A stretch of DNA of 39,046 nucleotides from Helicobacteraceae bacterium 4484_230 (GCA_002085085.1 MZGN01000014.1:1-39046), one strand, 5' to 3'; shown: positions 28,128-38,085, numbered from the stretch's first letter. Translations and numbers: made by a program. Notes: a model not told the origin generated them from the sequence alone.

Positions 28128-29348
28128 ATGATATACAAACTAAATTTCAGAGAGGTTGTCTATGCACTCTCCGAAGCTCTTGACCTTGTCGGCATAGATG
28201 ATATTTATCACGGCAAGCGGGTAGCTTTTATGGCGGCGGAGTGCGCGTTTGCGGCAGGTTATGATGAAGAATTTATAGACGAGCTGATCTATCTGGGTAT
28301 GCTTCATGACTGCGGGGTCTCAACTACGGATATGCATAGAAACCTTGTGACCAGGCTGGAGTGGAAAGATGAAAGTATCCATTGCGAGCGTGGGTATATG
28401 CTGCTGCATAAAACAAAGCTGTTTGAAAAGTATGCGGACGTTATCTACTATCACCATACCCATTGGGAAGAGCTGAAAAATATCCATATAGACGAAAAAA
28501 CCAAAATCCAGGCCAATCTTATCTATCTTGTAGACCGCGTAGATGCGTTGCGTGCACAGATAGACCTTCCGCCTGAGCAGATGAAAGATGAGATATACAG
28601 GATTATTTTAGAGCATGAAGGTACGTTTTTTTCTTCTGAGCTTATCAAAAGTTTTCTGCAGGCATCAAAAAAGGCATCATTCTGGTTTTTTCTTGAAGAT
28701 GATGCCCTTGAGGAGTATCTGTACGAGTGGAAAGATATGGGTAGTGTCAATGAGTATACATATGATGAACTCAGAGAGATCGCCGTTATGTTCGCCGATA
28801 TAGTCGATACAAAAAGCCCTTTTACGGCCCAGCACTCTTTTGGTGTCGCTTCTCTTTCACTGTATCTCGGTAAAAAAGCCGGCCTTGACAGAAGGAGTCT
28901 GGAGACGCTGGAGTTGGCAGCGCTGCTGCATGATCTGGGAAAGCTGCGCATTGATGATGAGGTGCTAAATAAGCCCGGAAAATTGAATGTTGATGAGAGG
29001 CTTTCGCTGAATCGCCACGGTTTTGATTCGGATCTGATTCTTCGCAAGATCAAAGGTTTTAAGAAGATAGCGCGTCTGGCCTCACTGCATCATGAAACAC
29101 TTGACGGAGAAGGGTATCCGTACCGTCTCAAAAGTGACGATATACCGCTGGAAGCCAGGATTATAGCTGTTTCAGATATTTTTCAGGCGTTAATACAGAA
29201 CAGGCCGTACAGAGAGGCCATGAGTGCCGTGGAGGCTTTTGAGATACTAAGTGGTATGGCAGACAACGGGAAGCTTGACAAGGAGGTTATCGGCCTGATG
29301 CAGGAAAATCTCGAGGAGGTTTATGACAGGGCCGTTGTTTCGGCCTGA
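28128..29348 (+). CDS. tandem HD / HD-GYP domain protein (probable c-di-GMP phosphodiesterase)
   Basis: 406-aa ORF. The N-terminal HD-like domain (HGKRVA...LHDCG...YYHHTHWEE) lacks GYP. The C-terminal domain is a canonical HD-GYP (HSFGVA...LLHDLGK...HHETLDGEGYPYRL). Confidence 0.85.
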   Translation: MIYKLNFREVVYALSEALDLVGIDDIYHGKRVAFMAAECAFAAGYDEEFIDELIYLGMLHDCGVSTTDMHRNLVTRLEWKDESIHCERGYMLLHKTKLFEKYADVIYYHHTHWEELKNIHIDEKTKIQANLIYLVDRVDALRAQIDLPPEQMKDEIYRIILEHEGTFFSSELIKSFLQASKKASFWFFLEDDALEEYLYEWKDMGSVNEYTYDELREIAVMFADIVDTKSPFTAQHSFGVASLSLYLGKKAGLDRRSLETLELAALLHDLGKLRIDDEVLNKPGKLNVDERLSLNRHGFDSDLILRKIKGFKKIARLASLHHETLDGEGYPYRLKSDDIPLEARIIAVSDIFQALIQNRPYREAMSAVEAFEILSGMADNGKLDKEVIGLMQENLEEVYDRAVVSA

Positions 29349-29377
29349 TTGAAATCCAGCCAAACTGTTTTGACCGA

Positions 29378-29899
29378 CTAATTTTTGGCAGATATCATAT
29401 TGTTAAGTATGTATAAATAGATCTCTTTGGAGGGAATCTCTTTTTCTATCGCTTCCGAGTAGAGGTTTGCAACTTCCCTGTGGTGTTTTTCGTAGGAAAA
29501 ATGGGGAAAATGGTTTTCCCATGCTTTTTTTATATGCCTGATCGCCATAAGGTCTATCAGCCACTCTTTGAACATCATATATGTGGCAAAAAACAGTCCG
29601 GTAAAGACTACTGCCATGATTATAAGCAGATGGCAGTCGATTTTGGCAAGCTGCATATGAAACAGCAGGCTTATCGGAATAAGAAGAATATGCCAGATCA
29701 GCAGAAATACGAGAATCGTTCTGCCTATGCGTATACGAAAGCCGGGAACACGCCCTTCAAGCTTCATGTCGTCATCGTACATCTTGTTTGTCTGCATAAG
29801 TTCTACAAAGAGCATAGGTTGATCAGAGATTCTGAATACAAAAGGGATGATTGTTCTGTTTGTAAAATCAACTATTTTTTTCTGCAGTATATTTGCCAT
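29378..29899 (-). CDS. hypothetical membrane protein
   Basis: 173-aa ORF with two or three hydrophobic helices (ILVFLLIWHILLIPISLLF, LLIIMAVVFTGLFFATYMMF). No recognisable motif. Confidence 0.5.
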   Translation of the reverse strand: MANILQKKIVDFTNRTIIPFVFRISDQPMLFVELMQTNKMYDDDMKLEGRVPGFRIRIGRTILVFLLIWHILLIPISLLFHMQLAKIDCHLLIIMAVVFTGLFFATYMMFKEWLIDLMAIRHIKKAWENHFPHFSYEKHHREVANLYSEAIEKEIPSKEIYLYILNNMISAKN

Positions 29900-30055
29900 G
29901 TTTTAACTCCTGAAGTATTATATCGTTCATACTCTATAAAATTGATTTAGGCAGATAAATATTTGACATTATGCCAACTTATGATTAAATCAAAGAACTC
30001 AATGATACTATAGATATCTCGAAATTTTTATTCTTATGTGAAACTCAGGAGAGTT

Positions 30056-31849
30056 ATGTCGTCAAAATATACTGTTTTAAAAACCGTTTTCGGCCATGAT
30101 TCTTTCAGGCCGTTTCAGGAAGATGCCGTCGATACGGTATTGTCCGGAAAAGACTTGCTGATGATCCTTCCCACGGGAGGTGGAAAATCACTATGCTATC
30201 AACTGCCTTCATTGCTTATGGATGGGGTTACGATCGTTATTTCACCTCTGCTGGCGCTGATGCATGACCAGGTGATGGCACTTAAGGCGTGTGGTGTTGC
30301 TGCGGAGATGATCGCCTCGACACAGAGCAGAGAGGAGAATGATGCGGCTGTCGCAGCACTGCTTGGCGGAGAGCTGAAGATGCTGTATGTTGCTCCGGAG
30401 CGTTTCGGCAGTGATTATTTCAGCCGTCTTTTAACACAGGTCAGGATAAGCTTTTTTGTGATTGATGAGGCGCACTGTGTCAGTGAGTGGGGTCACGAAT
30501 TCAGGGAGGACTACCGTAAACTGCATCAGCTTCGTGAACGGTTTGGCGATGTAGGTATCGCGGCATTTACGGCTACGGCAACGCCTCAGGTTCAGGAGGA
30601 TATCACCCAGCAGTTATGTTTAAGGCAGCCTGAAGTGCTTCGCGGAAAAACTTTTCGTGAAAATTTGATGCTCAATGTCTGGTACCGCATTAAAGACGGC
30701 AGGGCACAGCTGATGAAGTTTCTTTCTGCGCATGAACGTGAAAGCGGCATAGTTTATGCATTTACCCGTAAATCGACGGAGAGTATTGCCGTATTTCTGC
30801 AGAGTAAAGGTGTAAAAGCGCGTGCCTACCATGCCGGTTTGAGTTCAGATGTGCGTGCGGATGTTTTTCATCAGTTCATTCATGATGAGATAGATATCGT
30901 GGTGGCGACTATTGCATTTGGAATGGGCATAGACAAGAGCAATATCCGTTTTGTAGTCCATATAAATATGCCTAAAACTATCGAGAATTACTATCAGGAG
31001 ATAGGCCGTGCAGGGCGTGACGGCCTGGCTTCCGAAGTGCTTCTGCTCTATTCGACGGCAGATATGGTGCAGCGTAAAGAGCTGATTCTGCAGCTTGACT
31101 CAGGTGAACAGTATCGAAATGAAGCACTTCGTAAACTTGGCAGCATGATGCGTTTTGCCACTTCCGAGGTATGCCGGCACCAGAGCATAGCTTCATATTT
31201 TGGCGATGCTATCGAAGCATGCGCTACGCAGTGTGACAACTGTCTGAATCCGCACCGGGATAAAACCGATATCACCCGTGAAGCACAAATGTTTCTCTCT
31301 GCCGTCTATCGCAGTTCACAGAATTTCGGCCAGGCCTATGTTATAGATATTCTTACGGGTTCAAAAAATCAAAAGATCCTGCAAAACAGACATGAAAATC
31401 TCTCTGTGTACGGCATAGGCAAAGAGCGCAGCCGAAGTGAGTGGTTCAGTATTGCTGATCGTATGCTTGAGCTTGAGGCGGTACTAAGAGGGGATTATCA
31501 GGTGCTTAAACTTACAAAATTTGGACAAGAGATACTCAGGGGAAAGCATTCTGTTGAAATCAGAGAAGACCGGTTGCGTGTAGAAAAGTTGAAGTCGGTT
31601 AAAAAGAGAATGGTTTATGATGATGTAGATATGGAGATATTTGATACATTGCGAAGTCTGCGTGCGGAGATCGCAAGAGAGTCGGGCGTGCCGGCTTATA
31701 TCGTATTTGGCGACAAAACTTTAAAGGAGATGGCAGTTTTACTGCCGGTTTCAAAAGAGGAGATGTTGGATGTAAATGGTGTAGGGGAGGTAAAATTTAA
31801 GCGTTACGGTGAGCGGTTTTTGCAGTTGTGCAAAACTTTAAAGCAATAG
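30056..31849 (+). CDS. recQ: ATP-dependent DNA helicase RecQ
   Basis: The track ORF starts at 30038 (GTG). The ATG at 30056 follows AGGAGA. FGHDSFRPFQ, PTGGGKSLCYQLP, DEAHCVSEWGHEFR, zinc-binding Cys cluster and C-terminal HRDC (AYIVFGDKTLKEMA). Confidence 0.95.
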   Translation: MSSKYTVLKTVFGHDSFRPFQEDAVDTVLSGKDLLMILPTGGGKSLCYQLPSLLMDGVTIVISPLLALMHDQVMALKACGVAAEMIASTQSREENDAAVAALLGGELKMLYVAPERFGSDYFSRLLTQVRISFFVIDEAHCVSEWGHEFREDYRKLHQLRERFGDVGIAAFTATATPQVQEDITQQLCLRQPEVLRGKTFRENLMLNVWYRIKDGRAQLMKFLSAHERESGIVYAFTRKSTESIAVFLQSKGVKARAYHAGLSSDVRADVFHQFIHDEIDIVVATIAFGMGIDKSNIRFVVHINMPKTIENYYQEIGRAGRDGLASEVLLLYSTADMVQRKELILQLDSGEQYRNEALRKLGSMMRFATSEVCRHQSIASYFGDAIEACATQCDNCLNPHRDKTDITREAQMFLSAVYRSSQNFGQAYVIDILTGSKNQKILQNRHENLSVYGIGKERSRSEWFSIADRMLELEAVLRGDYQVLKLTKFGQEILRGKHSVEIREDRLRVEKLKSVKKRMVYDDVDMEIFDTLRSLRAEIARESGVPAYIVFGDKTLKEMAVLLPVSKEEMLDVNGVGEVKFKRYGERFLQLCKTLKQ

Positions 31850-31909
31850 CATTAAAATTTATCATGGCATGGAGATGGTAAAATCGGTAAAATTTAAAGG
31901 TTTTAAAAA

Positions 31910-32581
31910 ATGATGCACTATTTTCACCGTCAGGTTCAGCTTTGGGGCGAAGAGACACAGCGCCTGCTGCAGGATAAAAAAATTGCGATAATAGGGAGCG
32001 GAGGACTGGGAAGTTCGCTCGCTTTTGCGCTTGGCGCCTCGGGAATAGGTGAAATACATATTGTGGACTTCGATGAAGTCAGTGTGCATAATATTCACCG
32101 CCAGATCGCCTTTAAGGTCGGTGATGAGGGCAAAAACAAGGCTGAGATCGCTGCCGGAGTAATGAGAGAGCGCTGCCCGTATGTCAATGTTGTTGCGCAT
32201 GACTGTGATTTTGATAAATTTGCAGCAAAAGGGATCGATACGGATCTGATTATTGATGCGACTGATAATCTGCCGACACGAAGCAGAATAGATGAATATG
32301 CAAAATCGGTCAATCAGCCCTGGGTATACGGTTCGGTAGAGGCATTTAACGGACAGGTCTGCTTTTTTGACCGCGCATCGTTCAATGATGTTTTCAAGAT
32401 CACCCAAAAGGGCCCTGAAGGTATTGCGGCGCCGATCGTTATGCATATTGCCTCATTGCAGGCAAACTTTGCACTGCGTTATCTTGCCGGTCTCAGTGTA
32501 AAAAAAGACTATCTGTATTATCTCTATTTTAGTGATGAGGGCGAGCTGATAACACAGAAATTTGGTTTGCCTACCGCATAA
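31910..32581 (+). CDS. ThiF/MoeB/HesA-family adenylyltransferase (E1-like)
   Basis: 223-aa ORF. RQVQLWGEETQ..L....IAIIGSGGLGSSLA nucleotide-binding loop and DFDEVSVHNIHRQ. Confidence 0.8.
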   Translation: MMHYFHRQVQLWGEETQRLLQDKKIAIIGSGGLGSSLAFALGASGIGEIHIVDFDEVSVHNIHRQIAFKVGDEGKNKAEIAAGVMRERCPYVNVVAHDCDFDKFAAKGIDTDLIIDATDNLPTRSRIDEYAKSVNQPWVYGSVEAFNGQVCFFDRASFNDVFKITQKGPEGIAAPIVMHIASLQANFALRYLAGLSVKKDYLYYLYFSDEGELITQKFGLPTA

Positions 32582-32597
32582 CTTGTAAGGATTTTAT

Positions 32598-34442
32598 ATG
32601 AAAAGTTTTTTTATAGCGCTTGTTTTTCTTTTTTCTTTGAATGCTTTTGCAGGCGATATGGTGTATGATTTTTTTGCCAAACAGATGGAGATGGAAAAAA
32701 AGATCAAAGACCACAACATCACTACTTCCGAAATAGAGAAGCTGGTAGATATGCAAGAGGGCCAATACCGGAAATTCGTACTTAAACTGATCGCCAAAAA
32801 AGCTAAATTTGTGGAGATGAGCGATCCGGATATTGCCAAGATGGCGAAGTTGCGCAGGCGTATGCAGATCAACAAACAGCGAGGCAACAGATATGCGTAT
32901 CTGCGTGATGAGGTAGAGCTGAAAAATTATGAAATTTACAGGGATATGCGCAAGAGTTTAAAAGAGGTTGTGCTGGCGACAGATGTCGGTTCTCTGAATG
33001 AATTTACAAATATGGTCAACGATATAATTACCAAGCATTACAATGAGTTTACCCCTCTTGATATGAAAAAATATCAGTTTTCAAAAGAGGAGGTGGCAGC
33101 ATCCCCCATTTTGCAGAAACTGCAAAAGAATATCGAAACCAATATGCTTCTGATGCAGGTAAACAATACGTTAAGTGCAGAGTTGATGGAAAATATAGAT
33201 GCAATATACAATATTGTAGTTCTTTCCGGTTATGGACTCTTTTCTATAGCCCATAAGATAAACAGCTCAGATTTTGGACAGATATTGAACCCTATACTCT
33301 CCTATGTCGCCCTTGATGCAGCAAAAGTGGTAATGATTATATTTGTTATACTGATTATCTTTGTGCTTCGCAGGATATTTATCCTTTTAGTCAATAAGAT
33401 GCTCCTGCTGGTGCTTGTGAGGCAGAGTGATGCAGAGCTTATACTTGAGGGTACTTCAAAGATCTTTAACTGGACGATAACCGCCATTATGCTCCATATG
33501 ATCCTGATTATATACGCAGGGTTCAATGATGTCAGGTGGCTGACGAAAACTTTTGAGATTACGTATGTCGTTTTGGCAATGATGTTTTTGTACAGACTTT
33601 TCAATGCGGTAGCCGCGATCAAGATAGAGGACCTGAACAGAACGAAGATTTTGCGCAATGAAGTGATTAACTTGGGACTGAAAGCCACCAATGTCGCTAT
33701 TTTTATAATCGGTACAATCGTTATTCTGAAAATTATAGGTTTCGACCTGACGGCAATCCTGTCCGGTCTTGGAATAGGTGGTTTTGCAGTCGCATTTGCA
33801 GCCAAAGACTCGATAGCAAATATTTTCGGTTCCATCTCTATTTTAATGGGTGATCTGTTTGAGCAGGGTGACTGGATCGATATAAACGGTATGGAGGGTA
33901 CGGTTGTGGAGATCGGATTGAGAGGAACAACCATACGCACATTCGACAATGCCCTGATATCGATCCCGAATTTTAAACTGGCGGACAGCGGGATCAAGAA
34001 CTGGAGCAGAAGAACCATGGGGCGCCGTATCAAGATGCAGATAGGTGTGACTTATGAATCCGATTTTGCAGATATAAGAAACGCGGTAAATGAGATTCGT
34101 TCTATGCTTCAGGAGCATCCAGGTATCGCTAGTGAGCAGACTGAGTATCTCAGCGCCGAAAGACACGCCAGGCTTGTTTCGAGAGAGGACCTTAGGGGCG
34201 TAAAGCGGACGATGCTGGTCTATATGGATCAGTTTTCCACATCGAGTATAGATATACTTCTTTACTGTTTCAGCCGTTCTGTCGTCTGGAGTGAATGGCT
34301 TGAGGTTAAAGAGGATGTGATGTATAAAATTGCAGAGATTTTAAAAAATAACAATCTGAGTTTTGCTTATCCTGCAATGACCATTCATAAGGCTCAGCAG
34401 CAGCATAAAGATGAAAGCAGTGGTTTGGCAGGCATGAAATGA
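32598..34442 (+). CDS. mechanosensitive ion channel, MscS family (large form with N-terminal periplasmic/coiled region)
   Basis: 614-aa ORF with a signal peptide and several TM helices. MscS core GLGIGGFAVAFAAKDSIANIFGSISILMGDLFEQGDWIDINGMEGTVVEIGLRGTTIRTFDN. Confidence 0.85.
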   Translation: MKSFFIALVFLFSLNAFAGDMVYDFFAKQMEMEKKIKDHNITTSEIEKLVDMQEGQYRKFVLKLIAKKAKFVEMSDPDIAKMAKLRRRMQINKQRGNRYAYLRDEVELKNYEIYRDMRKSLKEVVLATDVGSLNEFTNMVNDIITKHYNEFTPLDMKKYQFSKEEVAASPILQKLQKNIETNMLLMQVNNTLSAELMENIDAIYNIVVLSGYGLFSIAHKINSSDFGQILNPILSYVALDAAKVVMIIFVILIIFVLRRIFILLVNKMLLLVLVRQSDAELILEGTSKIFNWTITAIMLHMILIIYAGFNDVRWLTKTFEITYVVLAMMFLYRLFNAVAAIKIEDLNRTKILRNEVINLGLKATNVAIFIIGTIVILKIIGFDLTAILSGLGIGGFAVAFAAKDSIANIFGSISILMGDLFEQGDWIDINGMEGTVVEIGLRGTTIRTFDNALISIPNFKLADSGIKNWSRRTMGRRIKMQIGVTYESDFADIRNAVNEIRSMLQEHPGIASEQTEYLSAERHARLVSREDLRGVKRTMLVYMDQFSTSSIDILLYCFSRSVVWSEWLEVKEDVMYKIAEILKNNNLSFAYPAMTIHKAQQQHKDESSGLAGMK

Positions 34443-35023
34443 ACAGGGTAAAGCAAGAGAGCAGACAAAATAACAAAAAAAAGAAAAATGCCGTTTTTCT
34501 TGCAATTTATGTTGAAGAGATATCGCCGTGGAAATATTTTAAAGATCAGATCAGGCATGTAAAATGTCCGGCGATCATTATGATAGACCGCTGGGACGGG
34601 CGTATGGGATTTCCAGGGGGTACGGTAGAAGAGAACGAGACTTTGCTTGACGCCCTTGTGCGTGAGGTCAAAGAAGAAATTGGTATAAATGTCAGACCCG
34701 AAAAAGTACATAAAATAGTATCTTATGAAGGAAAGTATCTTACCCATCTTTATGGACTGAAAGTATTGGAAATCGAGTTTTTGCATATCTATTATCATAT
34801 GCTGAACAATTTTGCCCGTTCTATTTTGCTGCACGCGTACGAAGAAGGGGATGAATCCCATTTTATGTCGGAGATCACCGGGATCAAGATAGTCCCGCTG
34901 ATTGAGCATGAGGGCAAAGGGATCAGCAAATTTCTGCAAAACGGTTTTGCTGGCTCGGCAAAAGAGGAGCTGCAGACTATCCTTCGGGAGATATTTAAAA
35001 TGAAAATACCAAATACGCCTTGA
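34439..35023 (+). CDS. Nudix hydrolase, NUDT16-like
   Basis: 194-aa ORF whose ATG overlaps the MscS stop (ATGA). Nudix box GFPGGTVEENETLLDALVREVKEEIGI. Flanking blocks RWDGRMGFPGG and IVPL...G..KFLQNGFAGSAKEEL resemble human NUDT16 as I recall it. Confidence 0.75.
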   Translation: MNRVKQESRQNNKKKKNAVFLAIYVEEISPWKYFKDQIRHVKCPAIIMIDRWDGRMGFPGGTVEENETLLDALVREVKEEIGINVRPEKVHKIVSYEGKYLTHLYGLKVLEIEFLHIYYHMLNNFARSILLHAYEEGDESHFMSEITGIKIVPLIEHEGKGISKFLQNGFAGSAKEELQTILREIFKMKIPNTP

Positions 35024-35053
35024 TATAAAATTTTTAGCCCTATAGGGCAATGC

Positions 35054-35506
35054 CTATAGTTTGTTTATGTATTCTGCCAGAGCCTTTATCTCTTCATTGT
35101 TTAGTGTTTTAACCTGAGTTTGCATCAGTGCTTTCATGGAGCCGCCGTAACTTCCGTCTTTGTAGCCCATAAGTGCCGCTTTGATCAGGGTTGCATTCCA
35201 TCCGGCAATGATCTTTGACTTGCCCAGTGCCGGTTTTTCAGCATTTGCACCATGGCAGGCTGCACACTTTTTGTAAAGCACTGTTGGATCGGCTACAGCT
35301 GTTTCAGCTTTTTTGACCAGTTGGGGAGCAACAGTTTTTTGCAGTCCGGCCGGTTCTTTTTCTGTAACCTGAGGCTTTGATTTAGTCTGGGCTTTTGCAG
35401 CAGTATGTGTACTGTTTGCAGAGACTTCCGTGCTCTCTTGCGCGGGTTTGTCACCGCTGCATCCCAGCAGCACCACTGCCGCAATTATCGATATGAAATA
35501 GTTCAT
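35054..35506 (-). CDS. lipoprotein class-I c-type cytochrome
   Basis: The track ORF extends to 35581. The ATG at 35504-35506 follows AAGGAGAGAAG and gives MNYFISIIAAVVLLGC (lipobox). Single haem motif CAACHG, with a distal Met candidate in GGSMKALM. Confidence 0.8.
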   Translation of the reverse strand: MNYFISIIAAVVLLGCSGDKPAQESTEVSANSTHTAAKAQTKSKPQVTEKEPAGLQKTVAPQLVKKAETAVADPTVLYKKCAACHGANAEKPALGKSKIIAGWNATLIKAALMGYKDGSYGGSMKALMQTQVKTLNNEEIKALAEYINKL

Positions 35507-35520
35507 CTTCTCTCCTTTAA

Positions 35521-36405
35521 TTAATTGGTTGTAACTGTTTTGTAAATACCAGACGTATCGAAGCGCCCGCTGAACGCCCATTTTATCAGCATAACGAAGA
35601 TCCAGCCGAAAAGCAGAGGCAGTAAAATGGTCTGAAGTACAAAAATAGCGATCAGGTTTATCATCTGATCGTAGGCTTCCTCAATCTGTCCGGATATCGC
35701 TTCAAGCTGTGACCTGATGTTGAAAGCCTTTATTGCCTGGTTGTATTTCTCTTCTACGTAGTTAAAATCAAAGATGCTGTCAGGGCGGCTGTTAAATTTT
35801 GGCTGTTCACTCTGCTCTATTGCCTTAAGCTTGTGCTCTGTCTGTTGAAGCTGTTTGGTGGCTTCTGAATACTGAGGTGCCATAAGGGTATCGAAGCTCA
35901 GAGTTTCCATGTAAACGATGCCAAATACCCCAAAACGCAGGATGGTCAGTATCAGCAAAAATCTGGCAGTTATGGAAAAAAACATGGCTTTTTGAAGTCC
36001 GCCTATCCACAAAGATGCCGCGGCAAAGGCCGCTGTCGCCACAAGTGCCGATTTGATCCATGCAAGGGCTGAAAAACTCATGATGAATTTCTGGATAACC
36101 AGTGAGGCAGAAGAGAGCAGCATTATCCAGGAGAACCTCTCGACCATATCGTTGAGCGGATCCAGGAATTCACCTATGCTGAAGGTCATTCCCAGGCCGG
36201 CAGGAGTCAAAGAGAGCTCTGTTCCCTGTATAAGCGATATGACGGCATTTATACCTTTGGCGATACCGAAACTGATAACTGCCCTCTTTGTCGTTTCGTC
36301 ATGCAGCTGAAGCATCTGCTCATTTATCTGGGTATTTAGACCCGCAACAATCAGCAGCATCAACAGCAGTGTCAACACGATCTTGTTAATGGTAATCTGA
36401 TTCAT
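35521..36405 (-). CDS. hypothetical multi-pass membrane protein
   Basis: The track ORF runs to 36834 and would overlap the divergent aminotransferase gene. I use the ATG at 36403-36405 (MNQITINKIVLTLLLMLLIV...). 294 aa with several TM helices and a central coiled segment. Confidence 0.55.
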   Translation of the reverse strand: MNQITINKIVLTLLLMLLIVAGLNTQINEQMLQLHDETTKRAVISFGIAKGINAVISLIQGTELSLTPAGLGMTFSIGEFLDPLNDMVERFSWIMLLSSASLVIQKFIMSFSALAWIKSALVATAAFAAASLWIGGLQKAMFFSITARFLLILTILRFGVFGIVYMETLSFDTLMAPQYSEATKQLQQTEHKLKAIEQSEQPKFNSRPDSIFDFNYVEEKYNQAIKAFNIRSQLEAISGQIEEAYDQMINLIAIFVLQTILLPLLFGWIFVMLIKWAFSGRFDTSGIYKTVTTN

Positions 36406-36487
36406 ATCTGTCAGTATATCCAAACTGTGCAAATCATTGTTTAAGTAGATAGGGTATAATCGCGATAGAATAATATTTAGGAAACAT

Positions 36488-37636
36488 ATGCGATTTGAGC
36501 CGTACCCTTTTGAAAAACTCACGGACCTTTTGGCCGGTATCGTCCCAGACAGCGATCTTAAGCCTATGACATTGACCATTGGTGAGCCGCAGTTCGAGAC
36601 TCCAGAGCTGATTCGAAAAACTTTGTGTGACAGAAGTGATCTGTTGAAAAAATATCCTAAAACCGCAGGAGAAGAGTATCTACGTACTTCAATGAGGGGT
36701 TTTATGAAACGTCGGTTCGGTGTCGAACTTGCCGATACCCAGCTGGTACCGACATTTGGTACAAGGGAGCTGCTTTTTAATTTTCCGCAGTATCTTCTTT
36801 TTGACAAAGAGAATCCGCAGATGGCTTTCACCAATCCGTTTTATCAGATATATGAGGGTGCGGCAATTGCAAGCCGTGCGAAAATGCATTTTTTAAATCT
36901 GGACGAAGAGAACGGTTTTAAGCCGGAGATGGATGAAAAGGTGCTGGCACAGTGTGATCTGGTGATCTTGAATTTTCCCAACAATCCAACGGCATCCTGT
37001 CTGAGTCTCGACGAACTGTGTGAATGGGTAAAGCTGGCGCTTAAACATGATTTTGTACTGCTAAACGATGAGTGTTACAGCGAAATCTATACAGACAGGC
37101 CGATACCTTCACTGCTGGAAGCTTCAAGGCTTGCCGGCAATGATGGCTTTAAAAATATTCTTGTCCTGAATTCAGTCTCCAAGCGTTCGTCTGCGCCCGG
37201 GCTCCGCTCCGGTTTTATTGCCGGAGATGCCAAAATACTTGACGGCTATCTGAAATACCGTACATATGTGGGTGCCGCATCACCTCTGCCATTGCAGGCA
37301 GCTGCTGCTGCTGCATGGAATGACGGGGAACATGTGGCGATTTTCCGTTCTGTCTACAGGCGTAATTTTGAGATTGCACAGGATATCCTCGGGACCAAAA
37401 TGCCTGAAGCCACATTTTATATCTGGCTTAAAGTGGATAACGCATTGGAATTTACGAAAAAGCTCTACAGGGAGCAGAATATCAAAGTGCTGCCCGGGGA
37501 GTTTTTGGCCCGTAGCAATGACAACGGTGAAAATCCCGGCAAAGATTATATACGTATTGCGCTGGTTGAAAACAAGGAGCGTACACGAGAGGCACTTATT
37601 CGCATCAAAAAGGCATTGGATCAATGGAAGAGTTAA
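36488..37636 (+). CDS. dapC: class I/II PLP aminotransferase, succinyldiaminopimelate aminotransferase (DapC)-like
   Basis: 382-aa ORF. N-terminal PYPFEKL...LTIGEPQFETP and PLP-lysine context NSVSKRSSAPGLRSGF. TATAAT at 36455-36460 and AGGAAA before the ATG. The substrate assignment is by family resemblance only. Confidence 0.75.
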   Translation: MRFEPYPFEKLTDLLAGIVPDSDLKPMTLTIGEPQFETPELIRKTLCDRSDLLKKYPKTAGEEYLRTSMRGFMKRRFGVELADTQLVPTFGTRELLFNFPQYLLFDKENPQMAFTNPFYQIYEGAAIASRAKMHFLNLDEENGFKPEMDEKVLAQCDLVILNFPNNPTASCLSLDELCEWVKLALKHDFVLLNDECYSEIYTDRPIPSLLEASRLAGNDGFKNILVLNSVSKRSSAPGLRSGFIAGDAKILDGYLKYRTYVGAASPLPLQAAAAAAWNDGEHVAIFRSVYRRNFEIAQDILGTKMPEATFYIWLKVDNALEFTKKLYREQNIKVLPGEFLARSNDNGENPGKDYIRIALVENKERTREALIRIKKALDQWKS

Positions 37637-38085
37637 AGAAAAAAATATTAAAAGCCCAGGAAGCCGGGGATATAGCCGCCCTGTATGTGCTTGAAGGTGA
37701 AGCGCATGAAATGTTTGACGAGCAGACACTGTCGGCATACTATGCAAATATTCTGGATCTGGCTCTGGAGAATCTGACAAATGCGCTTGAGAGTGCAAGG
37801 CAGTTCGATATGAACAGTGTTCAGGATTTCGCCACGGTACGGGCACTTTATGAGTATGCGGTCGAGCACTACAGCGCCGGCAAACTCAGTGATGCCGCCG
37901 CTCTTTTTGAGATACTGTCAGGACTGACGAATGACGAGGCTTTTGCAAGTGCTATGAAAATTCATATGCGCTCTGCCCAAAAAGGTGTTTCACTCGATGA
38001 TTTTATCAATAAAACGGCAGATGTGGATGCTACGCAAAAAGCCGGTACATTTTACATAAGTGTTTTTAAAGAGGGGGCCGCATGA
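37624..38085 (+). CDS. hypothetical helical protein
   Basis: 153-aa ORF that overlaps the stop of the upstream gene and the murC start (ATGA). No recognisable motif. Confidence 0.5.
   Translation: MEELKKKILKAQEAGDIAALYVLEGEAHEMFDEQTLSAYYANILDLALENLTNALESARQFDMNSVQDFATVRALYEYAVEHYSAGKLSDAAALFEILSGLTNDEAFASAMKIHMRSAQKGVSLDDFINKTADVDATQKAGTFYISVFKEGAA

Noticed and set aside
35037-35048. 12-bp palindrome gccctatagggc between the convergent Nudix and cytochrome c genes, considered as a bidirectional terminator.
   Set aside because: The stem would leave a loop of 2 nt or fewer, and there is no clear U-tract on either strand. That is too weak to call.
36406-36834. 5' extension of the membrane-protein ORF to 437 aa (35521-36834). 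Similar extensions exist for holA (to 6610), cytochrome c (to 35581), cinA-like (to 16365) and recQ (30038).
   Set aside because: The extensions overlap neighbouring or divergent genes or lack an RBS. Internal ATGs with good Shine-Dalgarno sequences give canonical N-termini or signal peptides.
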